A DNA stretch of 64,000 bases from a virus. Lineage: Duplodnaviria > Caudoviricetes. Positions 38,731 through 47,627 of the stretch are shown here, one piece after another. Every line of letters starts with the position of its first letter. Within the stretch, counting starts at the first letter, position 1. The notes beneath the pieces are model-generated. The model did no database searches. It was not told the DNA's origin and saw only the letters and a list, made by a program, of their open reading frames with translations. Made by a program: the position numbers and the translations under genes. Location of the stretch: IMG/VR virus record IMGVR_UViG_3300035182_002389, positions 1 to 64,000 of that record; one strand, given 5' to 3'.

Positions 38731-40781
38731 ATGCTGAGTCGAATCACAGCGCAGCGCAAAAGGCGCTGTTTTATGGTCTACGACATGGAGTGGATCCCGG
38801 GCCAGTTGGAGGTCCGTCTCCTCGGCCTGTACGACGGCGACCGATACCGCGCGTTCCACAAGGTCGACGACTTCCTCAACGCGGTGCTGGTGCGTGAGAA
38901 CGCGGACAAATGGCTCTACGCCCACTACGGCGGCATGGCCGACGCGCAGTTCCTCCTCCAGCGCCTCGCCTCGCGCGCGGACGAGGGCTTTCAGATCGAC
39001 GCGTCCTTCTCGGGCTCGTCGGCCATCATCATCCACGTCACGCGCGGCGAGCTGAGCTGGCACTTCATCGACAGCTTCTGGCTGCTGCGCGATCGGCTCT
39101 CGAAGATCGGCGAAGCGGTCGGCCTCGAAAAGATGGGCGAAGAGTACGCCTGCGACAACTTCCCGAACTGCGGACACGTCGACAGCAACGAGATGAAGTA
39201 TCTCGATCCCTGCTCGTGCACGCACTCCTATGGAGCGCACGACAAGCAGCCGGGCACCAAGGACCTCGCGTGCCTCGCGTGCGGGTGCAGGAAATACGAC
39301 GGCGATCACCCCTACGCGATGTGCGTCTTCTGGGCGCCGATCGCCGAGCTGACGACGTACAACGAACGCGACTGCGTCATCTTGTACAAGGCCATCGAGC
39401 GCTTCGAGCAGACGCTGCTCGATCTCGGCGGCCAGCTCCAGATGACGATTGCCTCGTGCGCGATGCACCTCTTTCGTCGCAAGTACCTCCAAGACGACAT
39501 TCGCACCGTCGCCGCCGTCAACGGGTGGGCTCGAAAGGCCTACACGTCTTCACGCGTGGAGGTGTTCCAGACCCACTGTGAGAACGCTCACTATTTTGAC
39601 CTGAACTCGTCTTTTCCGTTCGCGATGACATTTGACTGTCCTGGCAACGTGAAGAAGATGCGCGCGAAGAAGCTGCCTCCCTACGGCAGCATCTACATCG
39701 CCGAGTGCGAGATCATCGTGCCCGAGATGTACCTGCCGCCGCTGCCGTTCCGGCACGACGGGCGCGTCTTCTTCCCGACGGGCACGTGGACGAGCTGGTT
39801 CTCGAACATCGACCTGGAGCTGCTTCAGAAGCGCGGCGGACGAATCGTGAAGGTGATTCAGTCCATCGAGTTCGAGAAGCAATCCTCTCTTCGCGAGTAC
39901 GCGATCGACATCTATGCAAAGAGAAAAGCCGCGACGACGAGCTACGAAAAGCTCATCCTCAAGTATCTGTTGAATAGCCTTGGGGGCGGGATGCGGATGG
40001 CGCCCTTGGCCGCATCCCGAGCCCCCTCTGGCGCCCATAGGAACTCTACGGAAAGTTCGGCGAGCGCACCGAGAAGACCTCGATGCTGCTCCATCCAACG
40101 TCGACCGACTGTCCTCACACGCCGAAGCATCGGTGCGACAGTTGGCCCATCTGCCCGCACGCCATCGAAGGCGTCGAGTGCAACCTCTGCATCCAGATGC
40201 TGTTCCCTGGGTGTTTGCTCGTCACCAACGAGGTCGAGCTGGCGCACGAGTGGGTGCCCATCGCGGTCCACATCACGGCCACCGCCCGCAAGAACCTCGA
40301 AGGTCACCTCTGGAATGCGCAGGAGGACATCTACTACTGCGACACCGACAGCGTCATCACGACCGTGCAGCTCCCGAGCGATCCGACCACCCTCGGCGCG
40401 CTCAAGCTCGAAGACGAGATCCGTAAGGGCGAGTTCATCGCCTGCAAAATCTACGCGGTCGAAGTCATCGACGAGAAGACTGGCCACGGTCACTGGAAGA
40501 CCAAAGCAAAAGGCTTCTCCAAGATGAACTACAGCAAGTTCGTCGACGTGAAGCTCGGCAACGACATCAAGCTCGCGCGCATGACGCGCATCCGCGAGCT
40601 GTATCGAAAGGGCAAGATCGTCCCCGAGGAGAACATCGTCGCCAAACGCCTCGTGCAGAAGTGCATGGCGAAGCGCTGCATGCTCCCGTCGGGACAAAGC
40701 CGCCCTTGGACGATCGAGGAAATCCAGAGAAACCGCATGGATCTCGGCATCGACATCGATCCCATGATCCTGTCGGATTGA
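38731..40781 (+). CDS. polB: family B DNA polymerase, reading frame interrupted by a 65-nt insertion in motif B
   Basis: ExoI YDME, ExoII HYGGMAD, ExoIII YNERD, motif A DLNSSFP and KYLLNSL in frame +1; LYGKFG, YCDTDS, KIY and KAKG in frame +3. Confidence 0.9.
39982..40046 (+). other. 65-nt hairpin-forming intervening sequence between CTT and CTC Leu codons
   Basis: gggggc-gggatgcgg / ccgcatccc-ga-gccccc stem; removal restores LNSLYGKFG. Confidence 0.85.
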
Positions 40782-40831
40782 CGTTCGCCCTGGGCGACAC
40801 ATATTACGCAGATCCGCAAAAGGCTGAACCG

Positions 40832-41416
40832 ATGGCGAAGATGAACCTGTCGACGCGCACCCTCTTGGCCGTGGGCATCACGATGATGGCGGTGGAAGCC
40901 GCCCGCATCCTGCTCGGCCTCACGGCAATCCTGTCGACGCGCCTCGTCGGGTTCATCTCCGTCGGTCTCGGCGCGTCCATCGTGATCGAGACCCTCGTCA
41001 TCGCGTTGCTGTCGCGCATCTCGTCGACGCCCAAGATCATGCGCTCGTTCGCGAACGCGGCGCTCCCCGGGCTCTGGATCGTCGCCTACTACTTCACGGG
41101 CGGGGCTCGCGCGGTCGCGGTCTCGCTCGGGATCTACTTCGTCATCTTGAACGCGATCGAGCTGTTCGGCGCGCGCAGCCGGAGCACCGCGAAGATTTCG
41201 ACGGCGGTGCAGCAATCCGGCGGGGTGACGATGGCGTGCAATGAGCTGTGCACGTGCGAAGCGTGCCAAGGCTACGACGACGCCGTTGAAGCGCTCGTCG
41301 CTGCGGAGGCGTCCCCGGACGACCTGCAAGACCCCGTGCGCCGATTCGTGCTCGCGAGAACGCGAATGGTGAAGGCCCACGAAGAAGACGAAGCTGTCGA
41401 ACCGCCGCTCGTGTGA
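40832..41416 (+). CDS. multi-TM membrane protein with C-terminal Cys motif
   Basis: About four TM segments; ALPGLW similar to ILPALW of the downstream paralog. Confidence 0.7.
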   Translation: MAKMNLSTRTLLAVGITMMAVEAARILLGLTAILSTRLVGFISVGLGASIVIETLVIALLSRISSTPKIMRSFANAALPGLWIVAYYFTGGARAVAVSLGIYFVILNAIELFGARSRSTAKISTAVQQSGGVTMACNELCTCEACQGYDDAVEALVAAEASPDDLQDPVRRFVLARTRMVKAHEEDEAVEPPLV

Positions 41417-41655
41417 GGAGAAGTCCATGAAGATCCTTCAAATCGTCCGCCGCACCACCCGCACCATCGCCGGTTCGTTCTTTCTCGGCCTCGGGTCGAG
41501 CCTCCTCGGCGTGCCGAACGAGACCTTCGACGAGTGGATGAAGATGGCTCTTCTCCACGACGTCGTGAGCGCGCCGTGAGCAACGACGAAGCCTCCGCCC
41601 CGCCCTCGAACTCAAGCACAAGGTCGGCCTCGCCGTCCTTGGTGCGACGTGGTTC

Positions 41656-42147
41656 GTGCAAGCGATCGCGGCAATCTACTTCATCGCCGTCGTTCCCGCG
41701 CATCACGTTGGAGCCCTCTGCACTCTCATCGCAGCGATGTATCTGATTCGAGGTGCAAGCGTCACGTTTCTCACGACGACCGTTTCGTTCCGCCCGGTTG
41801 CGAACGAGATCCTTTCGGCGATCCTTCCGGCGCTCTGGGCCGTCGCGCTCTACAAGGGCTCGGACTCCCGAGCGATCGTCCTGGTCTCGGCGGCGTGGTT
41901 GCTTGTAACCGCCGCGCAAGCGATCGGCGGGACCACCGTGAAGGTGTGGAGGGTCATACGGATGATGCGCGGCGAGATCGACGAGGATGGCGATGACCCG
42001 AGCTGTCCCGACTGCGTCGAGACGGGGCTTGCTCACAAAGCGTTCTTGGACGCGGGCCGCCGTGGCGACGACATGGACGAGACGGGGCGCGCACTTTTTG
42101 AGGCTACGGCGAGGATGTACAAGGCGCACGGCAAGGAGGGGCCGTGA
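41656..42147 (+). CDS. multi-TM membrane protein, paralog (5' end uncertain)
   Basis: TM segments then CPDC; the hydrophobic frame extends upstream without a start codon. Confidence 0.6.
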   Translation: MQAIAAIYFIAVVPAHHVGALCTLIAAMYLIRGASVTFLTTTVSFRPVANEILSAILPALWAVALYKGSDSRAIVLVSAAWLLVTAAQAIGGTTVKVWRVIRMMRGEIDEDGDDPSCPDCVETGLAHKAFLDAGRRGDDMDETGRALFEATARMYKAHGKEGP

Positions 42148-42576
42148 AGACGCCTCCCATGCGCGTCGAGGGCATGCCTGAGAGCCCCGAGCGAACCGCC
42201 AAGCGGCTCGGCTTGTCGAAAGCCGTCGTCGATTCGCTGCGGCGTCTGCTTGGCATGGGGCCGAAGAAGAAGACCGCGCCGAAGAAGGTCCGCCAGTTGC
42301 TCGATCTCCTCCACGGCGGACATCAAGAAGTGTGGGTCTTCTGGGAGGACACCGTCAAACCGACGAAGAACGTCCGGTCGGCCGCAGAGTGGCACTGCCA
42401 CGTGACCGGAACGCGCACGTTCGACCGCCACTCGCTGTCGGCCTTCACGGGCGTGCCCGTCGAGGTGCTGATGTCGGACGACCTGAAGCTGCTCCTCCCC
42501 TACGGCATCCGTCTTGCGCGGTAATGACAATCATGAGCTTGCCGCGCGAGAAGAGAGCCGCCTATTGCAAGCGTTC

Positions 42577-42585
42577 TGGTATCGT
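42577..42585 (+). promoter_or_regulatory. extended -10 (TGGTATCGT), leaderless promoter candidate
   Basis: 6 nt before ATG 42592; same motif precedes other virion-like genes. Confidence 0.5.
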
Positions 42586-42591
42586 CAAAAC

Positions 42592-43584
42592 ATGTCACAT
42601 GCGCCCGTGATGTACACGCTGTCCGCGCCGAGCCTTTCGGCCCTCGGACAGATCCAAGGAAACTTCAACGACGGCGATCTTGGCGTCGTGGGCCGCGTGT
42701 TCTACGTCTATCGCTCGGCCATTCCTGCGCTGCCGCCCATAGGTGGAACCCTCGCCTACGGAAAAGGGTATTGGGCGCCGTTCAACGATGTCCCCCTCAG
42801 TGAGACGACGCGCGAAATCATCGTCGTGGCAAGCGGGACAACCTCAGCGTTTCGGACGCCCGTCGGCTCGTATTTCGCGGCTCATTCCGAAGACGTGCAA
42901 GTCGACATTTCGACCGACGGCGGTACGAACTGGATCGAGCAGCAATACGGTCCCGACTACAACGCCTACTACTCGGGCATGTGGAACCCGCCGTACGAAC
43001 AGCCGATGAGCGTGCGCGATGTTGCTTCTGGCATCTGGATTTCGGGGGGCTTCCCGCCCGCGGGCTGGCTCGTCCGAATCCGATGGATCGAGCGGACCGC
43101 GGTCTTCTTTCCGCGCACCGTGAGCCCGACGAGGTTCGACTTCAACGGGATCGCCTGGATCGTGAACAACGCCGTGTCGTGGACGACGAGCAACGAGTTG
43201 TACAATCCCAACGGGGTTATCGTTCCGCCTGGGCCCAGCGGGTTCGTTCCTGAGCTGTGGCGCGTAGGACGACATCGCGGAGGGCTCAACCGATCCACGG
43301 TCGGCAAAGACTTTCACGGGTCGGGCCGCCGCTTGCTGCCTTATTTCCGCGGCCCGCAAGCCATCGTGGCCGATCCCAACGGGCTGGTGTTCATCGGCAC
43401 GTCCGACATCGCGGGCCCGTCGCTTTGCAAGTTGAAGTTTCGCGTCTGCTACTACAGTCCAACGCTTCGCGCCCGTACTCCGTTCGCGCCCGGACTCATC
43501 ACGCGTTTTGCGAAGCTCGATCGGCATAACGGCAACTCCACCACCGTCCGCAAGGCGCAAACGATCTACGTGGATCCGTCCTGA
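42592..43584 (+). CDS. beta-rich putative structural or receptor-binding protein
   Basis: Trp/Gly/Pro-rich, atypical codon usage; DISTDGGTNW motif. Confidence 0.55.
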   Translation: MSHAPVMYTLSAPSLSALGQIQGNFNDGDLGVVGRVFYVYRSAIPALPPIGGTLAYGKGYWAPFNDVPLSETTREIIVVASGTTSAFRTPVGSYFAAHSEDVQVDISTDGGTNWIEQQYGPDYNAYYSGMWNPPYEQPMSVRDVASGIWISGGFPPAGWLVRIRWIERTAVFFPRTVSPTRFDFNGIAWIVNNAVSWTTSNELYNPNGVIVPPGPSGFVPELWRVGRHRGGLNRSTVGKDFHGSGRRLLPYFRGPQAIVADPNGLVFIGTSDIAGPSLCKLKFRVCYYSPTLRARTPFAPGLITRFAKLDRHNGNSTTVRKAQTIYVDPS

Positions 43585-43605
43585 TGAAGTGGTAGTCTTT
43601 TTTCC

Positions 43606-43702
43606 GATGCGACCGTGAAGCCGTGGTCCTTTAGCATTCCGGTCGGAGTTCTTTAGGGTGCCGTTCGGCGCCACTTTAGGATCACGCCTCCACGGTCGCA
43701 TC
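43606..43702 (+). ncRNA. candidate structured small RNA
   Basis: 12-bp closing stem, 8-bp inner stem, two hairpins, three CTTTAG junction motifs; TGGTAGTCT promoter at 43590. Confidence 0.5.
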
Positions 43703-44676
43703 TGAGCTTTTGATGCTCCCCGCAGATTCTCTCCATCGCCCCATCACGCTCGCGCCCCTGACGGGGGCGGCGTGGAGGACGCCATGGGAGATCGAAGCCG
43801 TTGCAAAGATCGTGGTCGAGGGGATCGTCGAGACTGCACGCGCGCGTGCGCGCTGAGCGCCTGGAAGCTCTGGACGCGCGTCATGGGCTCAACGTGGCCC
43901 GTGCCCGCAGGGAAGTTCAAGAAGCGTCAGGCGATGAGCTGTCGGTGCCGCAAGCACCCCGTCGGGAGCCCCAAGGTCGGAGGGTCGCTCTGCCACGGGG
44001 GCGCCTATCATCCGGCGACCGTCGAGCGCATCGTCGGCAAGCGCCTCGCGCGCGATTGGCTACGCTTCGGTGAGACGGAGGAACGATGAAGCACGTGATC
44101 CTGGTCGGCCTCGGCCTCTACGTCGTCGTGATGTTCCTCGTCAGCGTCAACCGCACACGCTACGTGATGGCAGGGATGGCGAAGCTGAGGGGCGGAGCGA
44201 CGCTTCCCTTCGCTTGGGCCTACTGGAAGGGCTGGGTCGGGGTCGCGTGGTTCACGCTCTCGGGCATGGTCACCATCCCGTACGAACTCGCCCTCATCGC
44301 TCGCAAGTACGTCAAAGTCCGACGCTCGCAGGATGAGATGGGCGCTGTCGAGGTCCTCGCGGCGCCGAAGGATCCTCCGAGCGAGGAGCCGCCGAGCGAG
44401 GGCCCGTGATCAAGTACGCGATCCTCGCCTACGGGCTCGTCGGGATCACCAACGCGGTCTGGTGGTGCTGGACGGTGCTCGCATTTGCGGCGGCCAAGCA
44501 AGGCTACGACCGCATCCCCTTCGAGGATCTGACCGCACGAATGTGGTGGGGAGCCTTCCTGTTCGGGCTCAAGCAGGCGCTCACCTGGCCCGTGGACGTC
44601 GTGCGACGATTGCGCATGTACGCGTACGGGCGAGGGTGGGTGGACAGGCTCCCGCCCTCGTGAGGCTCGCGAGGGT

Positions 44677-45078
44677 TCAGATGCTGGAGCGGCGGCGCGG
44701 CGGCGAGATCGCGAGCGAGCCCATCGAGACGGGGCCGCGCGCGATCGAGTACCTGCCGCCGACCGAGATCCCCTCGCTGCGCAGGCTCGATCGACGCTTG
44801 TCCGACTCGACCTTGTGGATGGCCGCGTCGATCGTCTGAACCAGATGCGTGCGCAGCCAGCCCTTGACCTCGGCGCGCTCGGCGACCGTGAACTTCGATC
44901 GGTAGCCGATGAACTCGACGTGCTGGACGGCGGCGGCCACGAGGTTGCGGCGGTAGTCGTGAAGGTTTCGCCACACCTCCGAGTTCAGGTCCACGGCGAC
45001 CTTGTGCCGCATGGACGCGAGGTAGTCTTTCGGGCTCTGGCCCATGAGGGCCTCGAAGACATCGTTGAAGTGGCTCAT
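44677..45078 (-). CDS. hypothetical protein
   Basis: TATACT 7 nt upstream of ATG on the minus strand. Confidence 0.55.
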   Translation of the reverse strand: MSHFNDVFEALMGQSPKDYLASMRHKVAVDLNSEVWRNLHDYRRNLVAAAVQHVEFIGYRSKFTVAERAEVKGWLRTHLVQTIDAAIHKVESDKRRSSLRSEGISVGGRYSIARGPVSMGSLAISPPRRRSSI

Positions 45079-45099
45079 GTGCGCGAGTATAGCTCCGAG

Positions 45100-45114
45100 G
45101 GCTTGGCGCAAGCC
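45100..45114. promoter_or_regulatory. GGCTT-N5-AAGCC operator candidate between divergent genes
   Basis: ggctt-ggcgc-aagcc. Confidence 0.55.
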
Positions 45115-45142
45115 AGCGCGCAAACGGTGGTACGCTGCGCTC

Positions 45143-45535
45143 ATGGACAGCACCTGGAAGTGGGCGGCCGGAGCATTGGGGCTCGGCGTGGTCGGCTACT
45201 TGGTCCTGCGGCCGGGCGCTTCCGCGGACGCTCCCAAGCTCGTGCTTCGGACCGAGTGGAACGCATCGCACCGCTCGCCGCTGCTCACCGAGGTCTCCGC
45301 CGCGGAACTCGCGGCGGCCTCGGCACACATCCCGAGGCTCCCCACGCAGGGAGAGCTTGCCGCGACCATCGTGCGCGGCGGCGTCGTTTCGGTGCGCCCT
45401 GTCGGCATCGAGTCCTACGACGCGAGCACGGGCATCGGACAAATCTACGATCGCACCGATCTCGCCGCCCCGCAGTCGTGGTCGAACGTGCGCGTCGCCG
45501 ATTTCGTGGGCGCCGTTTCGTTCCTGATCCACTGA
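45143..45535 (+). CDS. N-terminally anchored membrane protein
   Basis: WAAGALGLGVVGYLVL TM; TGGTACGCT 6 nt upstream. Confidence 0.6.
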   Translation: MDSTWKWAAGALGLGVVGYLVLRPGASADAPKLVLRTEWNASHRSPLLTEVSAAELAAASAHIPRLPTQGELAATIVRGGVVSVRPVGIESYDASTGIGQIYDRTDLAAPQSWSNVRVADFVGAVSFLIH

Positions 45536-45552
45536 GGCGCCAAGCGCCGTTC

Positions 45553-45918
45553 CTAGACCGTCGAAGCCTTGAGCACGAGGTTTCGCGGCAGCGGGCCCCG
45601 GTAGAGGATCTGCTCCAGGATGACGTCGTCGCCGTCGAAGTCGTACCCGATCGAACCGCCCGCCTTTCGCAGCGCCGCGACGTTGATCTCGACGAGCATC
45701 GGCGTCGACTTGTCGTGACACCCCGCGCTCTCGGCGTAGTCGCACGCCGTGTCCTCGTTGTTCGTGAGGTAGAGGCCTTCGGTCAACGCGGCGCTGCGAA
45801 GCTTCCTCAACCCCTTCTCGCTCGTCCCGTGCCACAGGCGCGTGGGCCAGATCCAGACGGAGACAGGCTTGTGCGAAGTCGACGTCTTCGCGCGGGCGGG
45901 CTTCTTCACGGCGCTCAC
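45553..45918 (-). CDS. ADP-ribosyltransferase-like protein
   Basis: LWHGTS...GLYLT..A.DYA...EQI.Y. Confidence 0.55.
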   Translation of the reverse strand: MSAVKKPARAKTSTSHKPVSVWIWPTRLWHGTSEKGLRKLRSAALTEGLYLTNNEDTACDYAESAGCHDKSTPMLVEINVAALRKAGGSIGYDFDGDDVILEQILYRGPLPRNLVLKASTV

Positions 45919-46271
45919 CGCGGCAGATGGTCTTTTGCGAGCATCACGGTGCCGCCGAGGACCATCGCGGTGCCGGCGAGAAACCTCCACGACAGATCGC
46001 CCGCGGGCGAGTCGATCATGCCGCCGACGCCGAGTCCCGCGCCGGCGGTCGCGATCCCTGCGTAGACGAAATCGCTACGATGGGCGACGGTCCCGTAGAT
46101 GGAGAGCGCGGCGCCGGCGGCAGAGGCCACCATCGCGCCGGTCTTCATCCACGCCGGCAAGGGCGCGGGCGTCGTGGCCGGGGCGTCCGCGCCGACGCTC
46201 GCGCGGGCGGCGAGCGGAGCTGAACGAACCATCGAAACAGAGCGAGCGAGGGAGGGGCGGGCGTAGGACAT
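45915..46271 (-). CDS. three-TM membrane protein
   Basis: Three Gly/Ala-rich hydrophobic segments; TGGTAGCCT upstream. Confidence 0.6.
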   Translation of the reverse strand: MSYARPSLARSVSMVRSAPLAARASVGADAPATTPAPLPAWMKTGAMVASAAGAALSIYGTVAHRSDFVYAGIATAGAGLGVGGMIDSPAGDLSWRFLAGTAMVLGGTVMLAKDHLPR

Positions 46272-46311
46272 GAGGGACCTCGACGTCGAGGCTACCATGG
46301 ACGCGGGCCTT

Positions 46312-46977
46312 CTACGAACGCCGCGCGTTGCTCGCAGCGATCCTTCGTGCCTCGCGCGCGGCAGCTCGGCGCACGTCGGAGAGCTGCTTCTTCAGCCTCG
46401 CGATCTCGGCCTGCGGCATCGCGCGGACGTCCGGGCCCGGGTAGTGGTAGCTGCGGTACGGGTAGACGGCCTTGGGCAACGGCAGACCCGTGTCGAACTC
46501 GCGGCCGAGACGCTCTTCGATCCAGCCCGGCGCGCCGTACTCCTCGCGCACGTACGCGTCGAGCGGAATGACGCGCAACAGGGCAAGCTTGCGGTACGAG
46601 GTCGCGGGCACGAACATCTCGCCGCCGTAGCGCCCGTGCACGCCTGCGTCGTGAACGATGGAGGGGTCGACCCTGAACTCGGCGAGGAAGGGGCGCATGT
46701 ACCCGTGCTCGTTCACCCACGTCTCCGGGCGCGGGCCGAGGTAGATGCCGGGCCTTCCCGAGCGGTCTTCGAGCGCAAACGCGTTGTCCTCGGGCGCGAA
46801 CTTCGCGTCGAGCTTGAAGCGTGCGCGCTCGGTCAGGTGATACCAGACCGGCTGCACGAGGGAGTGGCGTTGCGACAGGCTCGACACCGATGACACCTCG
46901 GAAGGGATCGTACCACGCGCCCAGACTCGAAGGTTGTCGGCCGACAGCGTAGACTCGGGCGCATGCTCCTGTTCCAC
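46312..46977 (-). CDS. ADP-ribosyltransferase-like protein (start uncertain)
   Basis: WYHLT...GIYL...GEMFVP. Confidence 0.45.
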   Translation of the reverse strand: MEQEHAPESTLSADNLRVWARGTIPSEVSSVSSLSQRHSLVQPVWYHLTERARFKLDAKFAPEDNAFALEDRSGRPGIYLGPRPETWVNEHGYMRPFLAEFRVDPSIVHDAGVHGRYGGEMFVPATSYRKLALLRVIPLDAYVREEYGAPGWIEERLGREFDTGLPLPKAVYPYRSYHYPGPDVRAMPQAEIARLKKQLSDVRRAAAREARRIAASNARRS

Positions 46978-47319
46978 GGCACGTCCAAGCGGCAGTGGAG
47001 TCGCCGCCTTTCCGGCGAGCAGACGCTCTACCTCGTGAACAGCGCGAAGGAAGCTTGGAGCTACGCGTACCACGCCGCAGAAGAGGACGAGCTGGAAGGC
47101 CGCACTCCCGAGCCCATCGTGCTCGCGATTCAGCTCGGCGATCTGCGAGGCCTCACGCGCCTGCCGGACGACGCCGCGATCCGTTCCGGCGAGCTGCCCG
47201 CGTCGGCGAGCTGGCGCGACACGCTTCGCGCGGTCGGCTCGTTTGCGGTCTTCGGGCGCATCGAGCGCTACAAGCGGTTCTTCGCGAGGGTCAGGCCCGC
47301 GACGAGCTTGCGCGAATAG
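46963..47319 (+). CDS. ADP-ribosyltransferase-like protein
   Basis: LFHGTS...LYLV..A.SYA. Confidence 0.5.
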   Translation: MLLFHGTSKRQWSRRLSGEQTLYLVNSAKEAWSYAYHAAEEDELEGRTPEPIVLAIQLGDLRGLTRLPDDAAIRSGELPASASWRDTLRAVGSFAVFGRIERYKRFFARVRPATSLRE

Positions 47320-47540
47320 CCCGCCGAGAGTCGAGGGCTCGGCCCGATGCGCGAGTCGGGTGAGGGTAGCGGTGAGGGGCCCGCACAACCTCCCCCTGAG
47401 CCCGCGCCCGTCCAGCGCACGCACGGCCTCGGGTGAAGGCTGCGGCGCCGGGGGCACGGGCACCCCACGGCGCTGCTGGCTCAGATTCTAGGTGGAGCGG
47501 GTGGCTGCGGGGCGCGTCCAGCGTGCGAAGCACGCGCTGC

Positions 47541-47590
47541 CCGTTCCCGTTGCCAGTGAGCGAAGCGAACGTTCCCGTTCCCGCTCTCGC
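47541..47590 (-). repeat. Family A right-half fragment, inverted
   Basis: Reverse complement matches the copy at 53448. Confidence 0.8.
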
Positions 47591-47627
47591 TCTGCTGGCT
47601 GCGGGTGCGCCGACGCTCGCCCCAACG

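Noticed and set aside
39997-40038. H-type pseudoknot between the hairpin loop (atggcgcc) and downstream ggcgcccat
   Set aside because: Only a 3-nt linker to span a roughly 15-bp stem, sterically implausible with the full stem; kept only as an alternative fold.
40083-40781. Treating the polB C-terminal ORF as an independent subunit of a naturally split polymerase
   Set aside because: Starting at ATG 40083 omits YGKFG, and the upstream ORF would carry about 180 aa of out-of-frame tail, so motif B would not be formed.
41577-41655. Possible +1 frameshift at gccccgccc extending the membrane gene 5' end
   Set aside because: Equally explained by a single-base error in a C-run; cannot be distinguished without reads.
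47320-47520. G/C-rich intergenic segment as a further family B copy
   Set aside because: Has hairpins and G/C runs but too little sequence identity to the defined modules to assign.
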